Positions 19,071 through 29,588 are shown, counted from the stretch's first letter. The stretch: DNA of 64,000 nucleotides from Alkalispirochaeta sp. (GCA_965601925.1 OZ271854.1:2112001-2176000); one strand, 5' to 3'. Program-made: numbers and translations. The notes: a model not told the origin generated them from the letters alone.

Positions 19071-19910
19071 TCAAAACGCATAGAAGGTGGAAAGGACGAG
19101 TGTCGTCTGGAGACGCTCCGTGGTGTATGGTGCGTCCGCGGCGTCGCCGAGCAGGATCGTTCCTCCGAGTTGCGTTGAGAGCCCGAAATGGTCGGTTACC
19201 ATGTACTCTGCGCCGAGGACCGCGCGTACGGACCGGAGGCCCCGGTTCGCGTCGAAGCGCGGGAGTTCGCTCGTTTCACGTTCCAACGAGTACCACGCGT
19301 CGGCGTACCTGTCGTCCATCCAGTCGAGGAGCGCAACGGCCTCGACCGATAGCCGATCGGTGAGGGGTAACGCGACGAGATACATCACCGAGAGCAGAGA
19401 ACCGTGGTGAACGCCGTCCTCACCGCGTCCCGGCGGATAGTCCACCCGGACGGGACGATACCCGTACACGGCCCCGATAATACCGATCGGCGTGAGGCAG
19501 CCGATCGTCGCATCCGCGATCACCATCTCGTTGACGTCGGGGGTATCGGAAAGGCGCGTCTCGGTTCGATCGCTGTACGATTCAGGGTACGAAAGGGTTC
19601 CGACCCATTCCCGCAGACGCGACGCACCCACGTTCACCGATGCCGCCGCCAAGATACCCGTGTCCCCGTCGAAGAGCGTCAATCCCACGCCGTCCGTCGA
19701 CGAAGCGGAGAGCGACACTATCCCGCGGGACCAGTTCACGGCCACATCGGGCAGCGCCGCCACGATGTACTCGTCGGCTCCCTCATAGACCGGCACACCG
19801 GCCACACCCGCACCGACGCGAAACGACCAGCCCTCGTCGGCGCCGACTATCGCATTGCCCAGGATCGCGCACATTGCGAACGCGATCACCGTTCGACCAT
19901 TGGTTCCCAT
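19071..19910 (-). CDS. MipA/OmpV family outer-membrane beta-barrel protein
   Basis: Signal peptide; VGAGVAGVPVYEGADEY, LLGDAADAP, C-terminal FYAF. Confidence 0.88.
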   Translation of the reverse strand: MGTNGRTVIAFAMCAILGNAIVGADEGWSFRVGAGVAGVPVYEGADEYIVAALPDVAVNWSRGIVSLSASSTDGVGLTLFDGDTGILAAASVNVGASRLREWVGTLSYPESYSDRTETRLSDTPDVNEMVIADATIGCLTPIGIIGAVYGYRPVRVDYPPGRGEDGVHHGSLLSVMYLVALPLTDRLSVEAVALLDWMDDRYADAWYSLERETSELPRFDANRGLRSVRAVLGAEYMVTDHFGLSTQLGGTILLGDAADAPYTTERLQTTLVLSTFYAF

Positions 19911-20021
19911 CTAAACCTCCTCAAAGGGTGTAATGGGTAAACGATAGAGCGGGTGCGGGACCGGCGGTATCGAACAAACGTCGTGAAACGGGGTGAAATT
20001 CCTACGATTTACGTCGTACTT

Positions 20022-20963
20022 CTACGATCGGATGACGTTGATCAACTCAACGCGGCTGCGGGCGCCCGCTTTCCGGTAGAGGTTGTAGATGTGCGTTCGA
20101 ACGGTCGCGGGAGAGATGTTAAGTTCGGCGGCCATCTCCTTATTGGTGAGTCCCCGGGCGATTAGAACGGCGATGTCGGTCTCCCGGGTGGAGAGTCCGA
20201 GCTCGTGAACGCGCCTCTCGGGAATCCTCTCAAAGAGCGGGGTGCCTTCGGCGGCCGGCCGGAAGAGGTGTACGGCGGCTCCCATCGATACGACATTCCA
20301 GGCGGCAAAGAAGAGATGGTCGAGGGATATATAGGCGAGCCGGGGGATTTCGGCGGCCTCCACGGCAAACTCGATCACGCCGATTGGGGCGAAGATAAGG
20401 GAGATTACCCCGTAACGGCGCACGAGGGCGCGCATGGGTGCCGGTTCGGAACGGGGCACGCCTCTCAGCGCCGTGGTCCCGAACCCCGCCATTCCCAGCC
20501 CGAAGGCGGCCATGCTTCCGAGGTCCCAAGCGCGGACGACTCCGTCCGCGGCGAGCACCGGCCGGCCGATAGCCGAGGCGACGTAGAAGAGAAGGTCCAA
20601 GACGGCCGCCGCAAGAGCCAGGCCTACGCCGAATCGCGCAGCCACGATCAATGCGTCGCGGCGAATAGGCCTCGGCGCTACGCGTCGAACCAGCGCCACG
20701 ACCAGCGTCCAGACGGCGATCGACAGGATCATGATCAGTGTGATGAGCGTGGCCTCCACCGCCGGTGCGAGCCCGCCCGGTTGAGCGATACCGGAGAAGT
20801 ACGCAACGATAAGACCCGTCGCCACCAGGAATGCGAGTTGAAAGGCCAACAGCGGTTGAATCAGTCTCCCACGAACACGCATGCTCAAGAGAAGCAGCGC
20901 CGTGCCGCCCATGAACCCGGTAGCAAAGAAGAGAACGTAGAACCCGATTAGTACTCGCTCCAC
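20022..20963 (-). CDS. Membrane-anchored LuxR-type transcriptional regulator
   Basis: About 7 hydrophobic segments, then GLSTRETDIAVLIARGLTNKEMAAELNISPATVRTHIYNLYRK; start is GTG 20963 or ATG 21041. Confidence 0.9.
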   Translation of the reverse strand: MERVLIGFYVLFFATGFMGGTALLLLSMRVRGRLIQPLLAFQLAFLVATGLIVAYFSGIAQPGGLAPAVEATLITLIMILSIAVWTLVVALVRRVAPRPIRRDALIVAARFGVGLALAAAVLDLLFYVASAIGRPVLAADGVVRAWDLGSMAAFGLGMAGFGTTALRGVPRSEPAPMRALVRRYGVISLIFAPIGVIEFAVEAAEIPRLAYISLDHLFFAAWNVVSMGAAVHLFRPAAEGTPLFERIPERRVHELGLSTRETDIAVLIARGLTNKEMAAELNISPATVRTHIYNLYRKAGARSRVELINVIRS

Positions 20964-21159
20964 GCGCAACTCTACCCTGGGAGGGATGATCAGTGCACGT
21001 ACGGACGACAACGGCGTCGACCGGAGGCGTTCGATGGCCATCGCGCTCTTCCACGGCGGGAAGTTCGCGGGATCGCGGGCTTGTCGGAGGTTGACACCCG
21101 GAGGGGCTTTTTAGGGCGGAATGCGGGGAGGAGGAAGCCGAACGGACTCTACGATCGTC

Positions 21160-21840
21160 TCACGACGATGAGGGATCGTCGACCTTTAGAACGACACCGT
21201 TTCGGACGGCAAAGAGGGCGGCCTGGGTACGGTCCACCAGATCGAGCTTGTCCAGGATGTTGCTCACGTGGGTCTTGACCGTTTTCTCGCTTATAAACAA
21301 CCTCTCTCCGATCGTCCTGTTGGACATTCCCTCGCCCAGGCAGGCCAATACCTCGCGCTCCCGGCCGGTAAGAAGCTCGACGGTCTGCGCGGGTTCGGAG
21401 ATTCCGTCCATGAGCCGTCGGGTCACTTCCGGAGCGAGGCGCGCCTCTCCCCGCGCCGCCGCCCGAACGGCCTCGGAGAGCTCCTGCGGCTGGACGTCCT
21501 TCAAGAGATAGGAAACCGCCCCGGCCTTTATGGCGGGGTAGAGCTTGTCGTCGTCGGTGAAGCTGGTAAGGACGATGACTTGTACTTCCGGATAGTCCTT
21601 CTTTAACCGCCTCGTCGCCTCTATCCCGTCCAGATCCGGCATCACCAGGTCCATCAGCACCACCTGAGGCGCCGCGCTCGAGACGAGCTTTAGGACCTCG
21701 ACTCCGGTGGACGCCTCGCCGACCAATTGGATATCCGGAAGCATACCCAGGAAAGTGCGAAGCCCCTCTCGGACGACGGTGTGATCGTCGGCGATGAGGA
21801 CCCTGATACCCTCCGGAGAACCGGCTTGCGATCTCTTCAT
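21160..21840 (-). CDS. NarL/FixJ family response regulator
   Basis: IRVLIADDH, VVLMDLVMP, YLLKD, LuxR HTH LTGREREVL. Confidence 0.95.
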   Translation of the reverse strand: MKRSQAGSPEGIRVLIADDHTVVREGLRTFLGMLPDIQLVGEASTGVEVLKLVSSAAPQVVLMDLVMPDLDGIEATRRLKKDYPEVQVIVLTSFTDDDKLYPAIKAGAVSYLLKDVQPQELSEAVRAAARGEARLAPEVTRRLMDGISEPAQTVELLTGREREVLACLGEGMSNRTIGERLFISEKTVKTHVSNILDKLDLVDRTQAALFAVRNGVVLKVDDPSSS

Positions 21841-23078
21841 TCCGTACCTCCCGCGTCTATCGGAACGCTAAAATGAATCGTAGTTCCCTTTCCCGATGCG
21901 GAGTCGATGGAAAACTCGCCACCGAGGGCGGCGACGCGCTCCCGCATATTGCCCAATCCGTAGCTGGTGGGTCGCCTGGGAGCTCCCGGATCGAATCCCG
22001 CCCCGTCGTCCGCGATTTCTCCGGATATCCGCCCCGGACGAAAGGAGATGGCGACCTTCACTCGGGAGGCCGCGGCGTGGCGCGCGACGTTGTTAAGGGC
22101 CTCCTGAACGGTGCGAAAGACGGCCTCTCTCACGTCGACGGGACCGCTCTCATCTCCCGTCGTTTCGAGGGTTATCGTCAGGCCGTCCCGACCCCGGCGG
22201 ACGGCGATGTGGCTCTCCAGGATGGGAATAAGCCCCTTTTCGGTGACACCGAGGGGTCGTAACTTGTCCAGGAGCGCCCGCATCTCTCCCAAGGCCTCAC
22301 CGGCCAGTTCCTGCACCCGATCGAGAAGCGATGGGATTTCGTCCGGTTTACTCTCACAGGCCAGCCTCGCCGCCTCGGCGGTCAACTTCATGCCGAAAAT
22401 GGTCTGTGTTACGGCGTCGTGGAGCTCCCGCGCCAGACGCGTCCGTTCCTGTACGGTCGCCGCCTCCTCGGCCTGATCGGCGTAGAGTCGGAGTCGCCTG
22501 TTCGCCTCTTTCAACTCCGTCGTCAGCCGCTCGCTTCTGTCCCGCGCTTCCTGCGCTCTTCGGTTGGCCCGACTATAGAGCCCGATCACCACAATTCCGG
22601 CGATGTAGACGGGAAGAAACGTCATCCCGCCGGCGAAGCCGAACGATACAAAGAGGGGTGCGGCGGTGGCGATGCAGAACGCCGCGAGCCAGCGCATCTG
22701 ACGGCCCGGCGGAACCAGCCGGACAACCGATACGCTTAGGCCGATGTAGAGGAGGGCAAAGTAGTCCTGATACGGTTCCGAAAGGAGCAGAAGCGGAACG
22801 AGCATCGCCTGGACAACGAGCCAGACGGTGCTCGCGACTCGGGAGCGCCGGCGGACGGGGAGGCCGTTCGGTGAACGCTTCCCGACGCCGCCGGTGCCCA
22901 AGCGATGCTGAATGGGGCTGAGCAGAAAGAAGAGGACCAGCAGGGCGAGTTGGTGGAACGTCGCAACGCCCTCGGCCGCCCAGTACAGCACCGTTCGGAC
23001 AAGAACGGCGAAGTACACAAGGTAGTAGAACATGTAGCTACCCGGGACGGCCTCGTGTGATTTTGCGTTAAGGTTCAC
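21837..23078 (-). CDS. Membrane sensor histidine kinase (HisKA_3)
   Basis: ERTRLARELHDAVTQ, QEALNNVARHA, DDGAGFD, GLGNMRER. Confidence 0.95.
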   Translation of the reverse strand: MNLNAKSHEAVPGSYMFYYLVYFAVLVRTVLYWAAEGVATFHQLALLVLFFLLSPIQHRLGTGGVGKRSPNGLPVRRRSRVASTVWLVVQAMLVPLLLLSEPYQDYFALLYIGLSVSVVRLVPPGRQMRWLAAFCIATAAPLFVSFGFAGGMTFLPVYIAGIVVIGLYSRANRRAQEARDRSERLTTELKEANRRLRLYADQAEEAATVQERTRLARELHDAVTQTIFGMKLTAEAARLACESKPDEIPSLLDRVQELAGEALGEMRALLDKLRPLGVTEKGLIPILESHIAVRRGRDGLTITLETTGDESGPVDVREAVFRTVQEALNNVARHAAASRVKVAISFRPGRISGEIADDGAGFDPGAPRRPTSYGLGNMRERVAALGGEFSIDSASGKGTTIHFSVPIDAGGTE

Positions 23079-23103
23079 CTTCCGGATTGTAGCCTTTGCC
23101 CCC

Positions 23104-24273
23104 TTAAGAAAACAGCCGTCTCGTTACCGGGGTCGATCGGATCGCCGCGGCGGCGAGAAAGGAGAGCGGAACGGCGAGGGCGGCGACTATAAAGGCCTTC
23201 CCGAGGGGAAAGAACACCAATCCTCTCAGGGCGAGGCTCACCGCGACAACCACCGGGGCGTGGAACACGTAGACCCCAAAGGCGTTGTCCGAGAGCCAAC
23301 CGATGAAGGGGGAGCGGGTGTCGCCGGTGTCGCGGTAGATTACGATGAGTCCCGCGGAGACCCCGACGCAGAAGAACTGCTCCCATATCGAGAAGACCGC
23401 CGACTGCCAGTGGAGCCCCCCCATTCCCAACTCCACTTGACCGGAGAAGGCACCGCCGAGAGTCATAATGGCGACCCATGCAGGCACTCCCACAAAGACC
23501 GCCAGCCGGAACCAGCGCATCGCCATTCGACTCGGTAAGCGTTCCAAGATCCGATGACGCCCCACCCAGATTCCGGCGACGAAGAGCACGACATACTGGG
23601 TAAAGAAGCTCACCTGCATATTGAGCCACGATGTGCCGATGGGATTCCAAATCCGCACCAGGAAGGTCACGGCGGCCATCAGCAGGCTCAGGATCACCAA
23701 CCCGCCGTCCGATACGGTTGCGGGACGGGCCCCCTCCGCCATCGACCGGCCGGAGAGCTTTTCGACGATCCAGCGACCTACCGCGTATATCGCGCTGAAC
23801 TCCAGGAGCGCCAGGGCAAACCATAAGGGGCCGGTGCCCGATAACACGTGGAGATCCCCTACGTAGGTCGCGTAGAAGCGCGCCAGACCGTCGCCCTTTG
23901 CGGGACCCGCGACGGTGTAGTCACGAAAAAAAACAATCAGCGGATGTACCAGCAACGCGTATACGATGATGGGAATCCCTAATCGCACCGCACGGTCCCG
24001 GACGAACCGTACCGCGCCCTTTTTGTCGTAGGCTCGGGGCACAAACACTCCCGCCAAAAAGAACAGGAGCCCCATAAAAAAGGCTTGGGCGAAGATCTGA
24101 TAGGCGAAGAGCACCACCATGGAAACGAGGTCCAGGGCGGCGTTCTCCTTGTAATACCAGCTTCCAAGGCCGCTGTACGTAACGGCGATGTGGATCAATA
24201 CCACCATGATGATTAGCGTTAGCCGAAGGTTGTCCACATACGCAGTTCGTTTCGTCTTGAGAGAGACGTTCAT
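23104..24273 (-). CDS. Acyltransferase 3 family membrane protein (OpgC/MdoC-like)
   Basis: YVDNLR...VVLIH, FFMGLLFFLAG, DRAVRLGIP, GPLWF, AFGVYVFH. Confidence 0.92.
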   Translation of the reverse strand: MNVSLKTKRTAYVDNLRLTLIIMVVLIHIAVTYSGLGSWYYKENAALDLVSMVVLFAYQIFAQAFFMGLLFFLAGVFVPRAYDKKGAVRFVRDRAVRLGIPIIVYALLVHPLIVFFRDYTVAGPAKGDGLARFYATYVGDLHVLSGTGPLWFALALLEFSAIYAVGRWIVEKLSGRSMAEGARPATVSDGGLVILSLLMAAVTFLVRIWNPIGTSWLNMQVSFFTQYVVLFVAGIWVGRHRILERLPSRMAMRWFRLAVFVGVPAWVAIMTLGGAFSGQVELGMGGLHWQSAVFSIWEQFFCVGVSAGLIVIYRDTGDTRSPFIGWLSDNAFGVYVFHAPVVVAVSLALRGLVFFPLGKAFIVAALAVPLSFLAAAAIRSTPVTRRLFS

Positions 24274-24285
24274 GCCGAGATCCTC

Positions 24286-24441
24286 CTACCACGTCCAGTC
24301 GGGACCGAAGGTCCGCTCGATCTCGTCCGACTGAAGTTCATTGTCGGGAACCTCATCCTCAACCCGTGCGCTCACGGTGCCGGTCTGCACTTCCACGACC
24401 TCGACGGTCTCGTCGGCGTCGACGACGATCACTGCAACCAT
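24286..24441 (-). CDS. Small acidic hypothetical protein (51 aa), below the ORF-track cutoff
   Basis: AGGAGG RBS before ATG 24441; MVAVIVVDADETVEVVEVQTGTVSARVEDEVPDNELQSDEIERTFGPDWTW; the stop overlaps the RBS of the acyltransferase. Confidence 0.5.
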   Translation of the reverse strand: MVAVIVVDADETVEVVEVQTGTVSARVEDEVPDNELQSDEIERTFGPDWTW

Positions 24442-24699
24442 TGTTCCCTCCTGTCTTGTCTGAAGACTGCGAGGACATGGAACACCCTCCGAGCGTCCCG
24501 GCGAATCGGTCGGTGGGAGTGATTTTTCTAGGTCTCAAGGAGGAGGCGGGCCCGAACGGGGAAGAGCCGCCGGGAGTCCGAGGAAGTTATCTCCCTCCGG
24601 CTCGGCGACTCGGGGTGCGGTACGGCTCTTTTGCGCTCGCCCTTCGATGCCGTGCTACTTCATCCGACCGTCCCGCTTCGAGGCGTTCGCTCCGCACGG

Positions 24700-25656
24700 T
24701 TACGCGCCGACGGTGACCGCTACGCCGCCCCGTTTGTGTCCGGACTCGACCAAGCGATGCGCCTCGACGATCTCCTCCATGGGGAAGGTGTGCCCGAGGA
24801 TCGGTCTGATCGCTTCGTTCTCCACCAGGTCGCGGATCCGATCCATACACGAAGAGTCCAGCAGCATATCACTGTCGTCGATCGAGACGTACGAGCCGCC
24901 GGGCTTGAGAGCCTTCTTGACGGTTCTCTTGAGCGGCGACGATTTCGTACCGCCGACCGAGTCCAGTACGAAATCGAAGCGTGCGTTTTCCGGTAGAACG
25001 TCGCTTTTCGTGTAGTCGACGGTTTCATCCGCGCCAAGGGACGTAACGAAATCGACGTTGTTCGGGCCGCACACGCCGGTGACTCGCGCACCGAGGTGCT
25101 TGGCGTACTGTACCGCCATTGTTCCGGACGTGCCCGAGGCGCCGTAAATGAGAACGTCATCCCCCGCTTTAATATCGCCTATGTCGCAGAATTGCAGAGC
25201 GAGCAACCCACCGTACGCCGCGGCGGTCGCCTCGGCGTGGGTTATGTTGTTGGGTTTGAGCGCCAGGCACCCGTGGTTCTTCGAGTCGGTCTCCGCCATA
25301 CAACGGTACTCCGCGTACGCGCCGAGCGAGAACCCGGTAGTGCAGTAGACCTCATCGCCGGGTTTGAAGCGCGTTGTCCGCGCGCCGACCCGGTCGACTA
25401 CCCCGGAGAACACGAAGCCGGCGATCGGCGCACGCGGTCTGAGGATACCCATCATGAGTCGAAAGGGGATCCGGAGCGCCGGAGCAACGCGCGCAGAGCG
25501 GATGAAGATATCACTCATCGTCACGCCGGCCGCGTGGACGCGAACCCGAACTTGGTTGGGTCTCGGCGAGGGAATGGGAACCTCAATGAGTCTGAGAACC
25601 TCGGGCGGTCCATACTTGGAGCATGTGACCGCTTTCATCGTCGATTGATCGGCCAT
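24700..25656 (-). CDS. NAD(P)-dependent MDR-family oxidoreductase (quinone reductase/alcohol dehydrogenase-like)
   Basis: YGPPEVL, VRVHAAGV, GAYAEY, VLIYGASGTSG, EAHRLVESGHKRG. Confidence 0.92.
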   Translation of the reverse strand: MADQSTMKAVTCSKYGPPEVLRLIEVPIPSPRPNQVRVRVHAAGVTMSDIFIRSARVAPALRIPFRLMMGILRPRAPIAGFVFSGVVDRVGARTTRFKPGDEVYCTTGFSLGAYAEYRCMAETDSKNHGCLALKPNNITHAEATAAAYGGLLALQFCDIGDIKAGDDVLIYGASGTSGTMAVQYAKHLGARVTGVCGPNNVDFVTSLGADETVDYTKSDVLPENARFDFVLDSVGGTKSSPLKRTVKKALKPGGSYVSIDDSDMLLDSSCMDRIRDLVENEAIRPILGHTFPMEEIVEAHRLVESGHKRGGVAVTVGA

Positions 25657-25900
25657 GATCTCCCCCTTGTACCTACAGTCTACCATCGAACGACGCGATG
25701 TAGGTCCTCGGTATCGACGCAAGCGATCATTCCGGAGAGCACTCGCACACACCATCGAGAGCGCACGCGACTACCGCCGCGAAGGAGACCTTTCGCGGTA
25801 TAACGGCCGCGTTACCCGTTCCCATCGCCGCCTCGATGACGCATCTATTCCCGCTGGGCGCTGAGGCTCACGATATGCGGCGGTGGACGCACCTGAGATC

Positions 25901-27154
25901 CTACCCTTTGAGGCCCCGCGCAACTTTCCTGATCGCCTGCGCTATATCGCCCAAATCATCCCGCGTCGTTTGCTCATGAACGCGCACGACGTTGCAGAGT
26001 TGGCTTAACGCCCTCTCAGCGTTGGGACAGAGGCCGGGACGATACGGAGCCGTCTCTCGGTCGGGGCGCAGGAAGGGCCAATGGGACGAGCCGAAACTCT
26101 CCCGGTGTGCGAGGGCATCGTAAAGATAGAGCGGCTTCCCGATCCACACATCGGTCTTTATTCCCTCGGCCGCCAAGGCGGCGCGAAACTCGTCTCGGCT
26201 TGCGCCAAGCTCCTCCTCGATAATGCGAAGCGGAAATCCCCAGTATCCGTGACCGTACTCCTCGTCCGGGACCGGCGGCGGTGCCACACCCGGAAGATCC
26301 TGGAGCTGCTGCGCAAGCCAACCGCCGGCCTTCTGACGCGCTTCGATAATGTGGGGTAGCTTATCGACTTGGGCGCTGAGGACCGCCCCTTGCAGCTCGG
26401 TCATGCGATAGCACGGCGCCATAAATGCGTAGGTTTTGCGGTAGACGCGGTCCCGTGTCCAATCGCACCCCTTGTCGACGAAGAGCTCCGCCCGCTGCAG
26501 ATAACGCTCGTCGTTCACGATCGTGGCGCCACCGTCGCCGCTCGTTATGTGCTTCGATTGTTGAAAACTAAAACAGCCGAACTCGCCGATCGTACCCAAT
26601 AGTCGATCCCGATACCGAACGTAGTGGGACTCGGCGCAATCCTCAATGATCGCGATCTCTCGCCCCTTCACCAGATCCTGAATCTCTGCAAGACGCGCGG
26701 GGCGCCCCCAGACGTGGACCACCATAATTGCCCGCGTTCGATCGGTAATCTTGCGTGCCACGTCGGCCGGATCGAGATTGAACGTCTCCATCTCCACGTC
26801 GGCAAACACCGGTATCGCGCCTGAGAGCACGATCGGCGCGATCGATCCCATATCGGTGACGGGAGGAACGATCACTTCGTCGCCGGGATTGATCGCGAGC
26901 GCTCCCAATGCCACGTGTAACGCGGCGGTTCCGGAAGAGGAGGGCACCATACCGTCGACCCCGTAGAGGGCGCGAAACTTGTCTAGAAAGTCGTACACCT
27001 TCGTTCCGCCGGCATAGAAGAGATTGCCGCTCTCCAGCGCCTCCGTAACTTCTCGCAGCTCCGCATCGTCAAACGGTCTTCGTTGCGGAATCGGTTCCGA
27101 ACGGACCGGCGTTCCACCGTGAAGGGCAAGATGCTCTTTTCCTTTATGATTCAT
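25901..27154 (-). CDS. DegT/DnrJ/EryC1/StrS family PLP aminotransferase
   Basis: SSGTAALH, PGDEVIVP, IIEDCAES, FSFQQSKHITSGDGG, YRMTELQGAV. Confidence 0.93.
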   Translation of the reverse strand: MNHKGKEHLALHGGTPVRSEPIPQRRPFDDAELREVTEALESGNLFYAGGTKVYDFLDKFRALYGVDGMVPSSSGTAALHVALGALAINPGDEVIVPPVTDMGSIAPIVLSGAIPVFADVEMETFNLDPADVARKITDRTRAIMVVHVWGRPARLAEIQDLVKGREIAIIEDCAESHYVRYRDRLLGTIGEFGCFSFQQSKHITSGDGGATIVNDERYLQRAELFVDKGCDWTRDRVYRKTYAFMAPCYRMTELQGAVLSAQVDKLPHIIEARQKAGGWLAQQLQDLPGVAPPPVPDEEYGHGYWGFPLRIIEEELGASRDEFRAALAAEGIKTDVWIGKPLYLYDALAHRESFGSSHWPFLRPDRETAPYRPGLCPNAERALSQLCNVVRVHEQTTRDDLGDIAQAIRKVARGLKG

Positions 27155-28505
27155 GATTATCTCCTGTTTCCGTGCCGTGTATTTCCTGTCGTGGCAACCG
27201 GTCGCTCGGCGGTACGAGGTCCGAAAGCAACTCGTCCGCCGCTCGCTCAACGATCTGTTGCGCATCGGCCGTCGGCGTGTAGAGCCCATAGACCTTTGCG
27301 GAAAACTCGGTCTCATATCCACCTTTCGTAAACGCCTTTGTAGTAGGAAGGTAGCAGAGCGCGCCGTTGGCCAGCGTTACGATAATCGTGTTCGCAAAGG
27401 GAGAGCGCTGTTTGATGTGTATTCCGATCTCGACAAAGAGCTCAGCCGGTAGCGCAAGGAGGGCGACCGTGCCGAGTCGTATCGCCTGTATCTCCATCTC
27501 GAGGTGATCGACGGCGTTGCCCGCTTCTACGACCGCGCCGGCCTCTTCGGCCCATTCCGCCTTGATGAGCGCATCTTCGATTTTGCTGTACGGCCCGTCG
27601 GCGCGCCGCAACCGCTCGGCCTCGGAACGCCATCGTGATCCTTCCCGCCGCAGCCTGGAGGCCGACGGAAGCTTTCGCACGGGGAGCGAGACTACCCGGG
27701 AACGACCCTCCAGCGATCCCTCCAAGGTGTTCATTTCCGACCTCCTCGTCCCGCCCATCCGGACCGCTTCCTCGGCGATCGCCTCACCATATCTTCGGGC
27801 AAAATCGATATCGTGAAGCTCGCACGGATTCACGTCACCGGCGGCACCCAACGTAAACATCGCCCGGGCGCCGGCGTAGCGGTTTTCTATCAGCCCCATG
27901 GCAAAGCCCGGGAAATCGGCTGAGACGAGGTTGCGGTATCCGTGAGCCGCTACGGGATGGCAGGAGTAGTTCATGACAACCGCCGCGGTGCGGCCGTCGC
28001 GTCGATCGAACCAAAGGAGCGGAAGCGACTCATCTACCGTATTGCCTCGATCACCCCGTCGGTTGACACAGATACCGGAGACGCGGCCGGTGCCGAAGCG
28101 GGCGGTCACAGGCTGCAGATCGCCGGCGGCCTGCACCGAAGTGTCCACGATCCGGTCCATAGTCGATCGGATATAGTCATCGTCGATGGTGCCCCACCGA
28201 CGCAACGGCATGGCACCGGGGCCCGAGTGGGTATGGGAACAAGCGATCATGACGTGGTCCACGGCGGTACCAAGCGCATGGGCGATCCTTTCCCGGACCG
28301 CCCGCGCATAATCGGTTCCGAGCCCGATGAGATCGGCGGTGACGAACACGATGTGCCTCACACCGTCTGAAAGCACGAGTGTCTTTGCGTAGAGGTCGTC
28401 GTGCACGCCGACGCTCGGTCCGAAACACCACCCCGAAAGGTCGAGCCCGACCGGTGGTGTGATACGCGCCCTTCCGACGCCGGCACGAAGCCCGACGGTG
28501 TTCAC
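27144..28505 (-). CDS. Neutral/alkaline ceramidase N-terminal-domain amidohydrolase
   Basis: GVHDDLYAK, CSHTHSGP, NYSCHP, SADFPG, GAAGDVNP, AELFVEIG, GGYE; GTGA-coupled to the upstream gene. Confidence 0.88.
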   Translation of the reverse strand: MNTVGLRAGVGRARITPPVGLDLSGWCFGPSVGVHDDLYAKTLVLSDGVRHIVFVTADLIGLGTDYARAVRERIAHALGTAVDHVMIACSHTHSGPGAMPLRRWGTIDDDYIRSTMDRIVDTSVQAAGDLQPVTARFGTGRVSGICVNRRGDRGNTVDESLPLLWFDRRDGRTAAVVMNYSCHPVAAHGYRNLVSADFPGFAMGLIENRYAGARAMFTLGAAGDVNPCELHDIDFARRYGEAIAEEAVRMGGTRRSEMNTLEGSLEGRSRVVSLPVRKLPSASRLRREGSRWRSEAERLRRADGPYSKIEDALIKAEWAEEAGAVVEAGNAVDHLEMEIQAIRLGTVALLALPAELFVEIGIHIKQRSPFANTIIVTLANGALCYLPTTKAFTKGGYETEFSAKVYGLYTPTADAQQIVERAADELLSDLVPPSDRLPRQEIHGTETGDNHES

Positions 28506-29512
28506 GACTGGCTCCCCTCCGGTGGTGCTGCGATGCTGATCGGCGTACCGCTCTCGACCGATCGATAAAGCGCGTCCATAAAAGATGCCATCGCGAGGCC
28601 GTCCGATACTGTCGCTTTCGGCTCGGCGATGCCCAGCACCGCATCGATGAAGTTGTCGTCCGGATTCGGTTCGCTTGAATCGGAGTGCTCGTTGAACTCC
28701 GATCCCGGTCCGTATTCGCGATACCAGTGCCCGTTCCATCCATCCACCTCGACGCGTCCGTGATCGAAGATGAATGTCATACGGGACGCGTCATGGGGGG
28801 TGTTTCCTCCGATCGCCAGGGTGGCAAGCACGCCGTCGGCAAACCGCACCGCTACGACGCTGTTTATATCCACCTCTTCGCGGTCGGTGCACGCAAAAAC
28901 TTCTACCGGTGGAGAGCCGACGGACGAGAGCAGGCTGTAGATCACGTGCGCCCCACTGTCCATCAGCTGGCCGCCGCCGGAACGCGCTCGATCCTGTCTC
29001 CAGGTTCCCGCGGTCAACCGTTTCCAGTCCTGTGCCAGGTAGCCGTTCACGAGCCCGAGCGTACCGTATCGTCCGCTCTTCACGACCCGTTGAACCCGTT
29101 GCACCGCGGGAGAATAGGCCGGGTTGTAGCAAACACCCGCCTGCAGGCCCGTCGAGGCTCCCACAAGCGCATAGAGTTTTTGAGCCTCCCCCAGGGTGGT
29201 AACCATCGGTTTTTCGATCAGTACGTGACACCCCGCTTCGATAGCTTCCACCGCGTGCTGATAGTGGAGATGATGGGGTGTCGCAATGACGACCGCATCC
29301 AAAGCCTCCCGGGAAAGCATCTCTCGGGTTGACGTGTATTGTGCGGGGATCGGGGTGTAGTCGGATAATCGCCGATCGATGAGACGCGCAATGCTTCCCT
29401 CGGTTCGACTACAGAGTGCCGTAATGCGCACCTCCGGACGGGCACGCAGCCGACGAGCGTGAGCACCGGAGTAACCGCCGCAGCCGATGATACCGCATCG
29501 TATGTGCTTCAT
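28502..29512 (-). CDS. Gfo/Idh/MocA family oxidoreductase
   Basis: GIIGCGG, VVIATPHHLH, HVLIEKPM, SGGGQLMDSGAH. Confidence 0.93.
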   Translation of the reverse strand: MKHIRCGIIGCGGYSGAHARRLRARPEVRITALCSRTEGSIARLIDRRLSDYTPIPAQYTSTREMLSREALDAVVIATPHHLHYQHAVEAIEAGCHVLIEKPMVTTLGEAQKLYALVGASTGLQAGVCYNPAYSPAVQRVQRVVKSGRYGTLGLVNGYLAQDWKRLTAGTWRQDRARSGGGQLMDSGAHVIYSLLSSVGSPPVEVFACTDREEVDINSVVAVRFADGVLATLAIGGNTPHDASRMTFIFDHGRVEVDGWNGHWYREYGPGSEFNEHSDSSEPNPDDNFIDAVLGIAEPKATVSDGLAMASFMDALYRSVESGTPISIAAPPEGSQS

Positions 29513-29588
29513 TGCAATAGTAGTATCGTATCGGACCGTGATGGGATCTACGCTATTTCGGTCGAAATTGTGATACGATCTGATCACG

